A stretch of 64,000 bases of DNA, from contig NC_042998.1 in NCBI RefSeq assembly GCF_006345805.1, positions 178,064,001-178,128,000 of the forward strand. The letters are read 5' to 3'. The notes below the pieces were generated by a model, which searched no databases, was not told the DNA's origin, and was given only the letters and a program-made list of their open reading frames with translations. Both the position numbers and the translations under genes were made by a program. Source of the stretch: Octopus sinensis. Taxonomy: Eukaryota. Below, piece by piece: positions 63,243 to 64,000 of this stretch (position 1 is its first letter; every line of letters begins with the position of its first letter).

Positions 63243-63280
<38 letters not shown>

Positions 63281-63425
63281 CATATATATATATATATATA
63301 TATATACATACATATATATATATATAATATATATATATATAATATATATATATATAATATATATATATATAATATAATAATAATAATAATAATAATAATA
63401 TAATAACAATAATAATAATAACAAT

Positions 63426-63466
<41 letters not shown>

Positions 63467-63473
<7 letters not shown>

Positions 63474-64000
63474 GTTGTATACTGTCAATCTAACAAGAAC
63501 CTGACAGTAGGGGGTACACCACCGCTGTATAGCCCTAGGAAGCATCGAACGCCTCCTGATGGCTTTGACACATTTTTCCCTGTGTTCCTATATACATTTA
63601 CGAAGGGGAGACAAACACCCCCGGCTGCCGAAGCTGCATCTAGGGACACGTGTTTCAGGATCGTTGTCCTTCATTGGCCTAGAGTAGCAGACACCGGTCA
63701 GCTGGTGATATTTGTCTCGACTTCGCAATTGTATATATCTATATTCAGTGAAGTCTATTCACTGATTATCAAAATAAGAAATATTGAATTTCTAAATCTC
63801 TCGTAGAGACATGTACGGTGGTGGGGCGATAGAATGGTTGCATACTGTCAATCTAACAAGAACGTGACAGTAGGGGGTACATCACCGCTGTATAGCCCTA
63901 GGAAGCATCGAACGCCTCCTGATGGCTTTGACACATTTTTCCCTGTGTCCTTATATACATTTACGAAGGGGAGACAAACACCCCCGGCTGCCGAGGCTGC
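63467..64000 (-). mobile_element. 363-bp tandem repeat carrying a type-I hammerhead fold (retrozyme-like); second unit cut by the window end
   Basis: tagaatggttg starts at 63467 and 63830; HHR fold at 63639-63683 on minus; begins directly from (TA)n. Confidence 0.75.
63639..63683 (-). ncRNA. Type-I hammerhead fold with variant core CCAAUGA
   Basis: TCTAGG-CCAATGA-AGGA-caacga-TCCT-GAAAC-ACGT-GT-C-CCTAGA: 6-bp helix I, 4-bp helix II, palindromic helix III, GUC site. Confidence 0.75.

Noticed and set aside
62341-63424. Long Y/I/H/T ORFs up to 173 aa
   Set aside because: Compound (TACA)/(TA) microsatellite.

Overview
AT-rich, microsatellite-dense eukaryotic DNA with no host protein-coding exon that I can support. 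The repeat families look like those of a coleoid cephalopod, probably Octopus; this is inference from memory of the families, not a database result. Content: (1) one uninterrupted 998-aa APE+RT ORF of a CR1/L2-like LINE (24766-27831, -). Its 3' stem-loop is shared, with a compensatory base-pair change, by the most abundant tRNA-SINE in the window. (2) Remnants of at least three kinds of Penelope-like element (PLE), several with inverted (head-to-head) architecture. One carries a tRNA-like Pol III promoter just upstream of its hammerhead. (3) About eleven type-I hammerhead (HHR) motifs, mostly with a palindromic helix III. These include an intact-core copy boxed by 46-bp inverted repeats (52106-52351) and one inside a 363-bp tandem repeat that resembles a retrozyme (63467-64000). 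(4) Four tRNA-SINE families (A-D, my labels), three non-autonomous Helitrons with identical termini, old R4/Dong-like, RTE, hAT and mariner fossils, and several foldback or inverted duplications. Most short ORFs in the track are microsatellite artefacts. All element classes are known; whether these particular families and pairings are already described needs a database search I cannot run.
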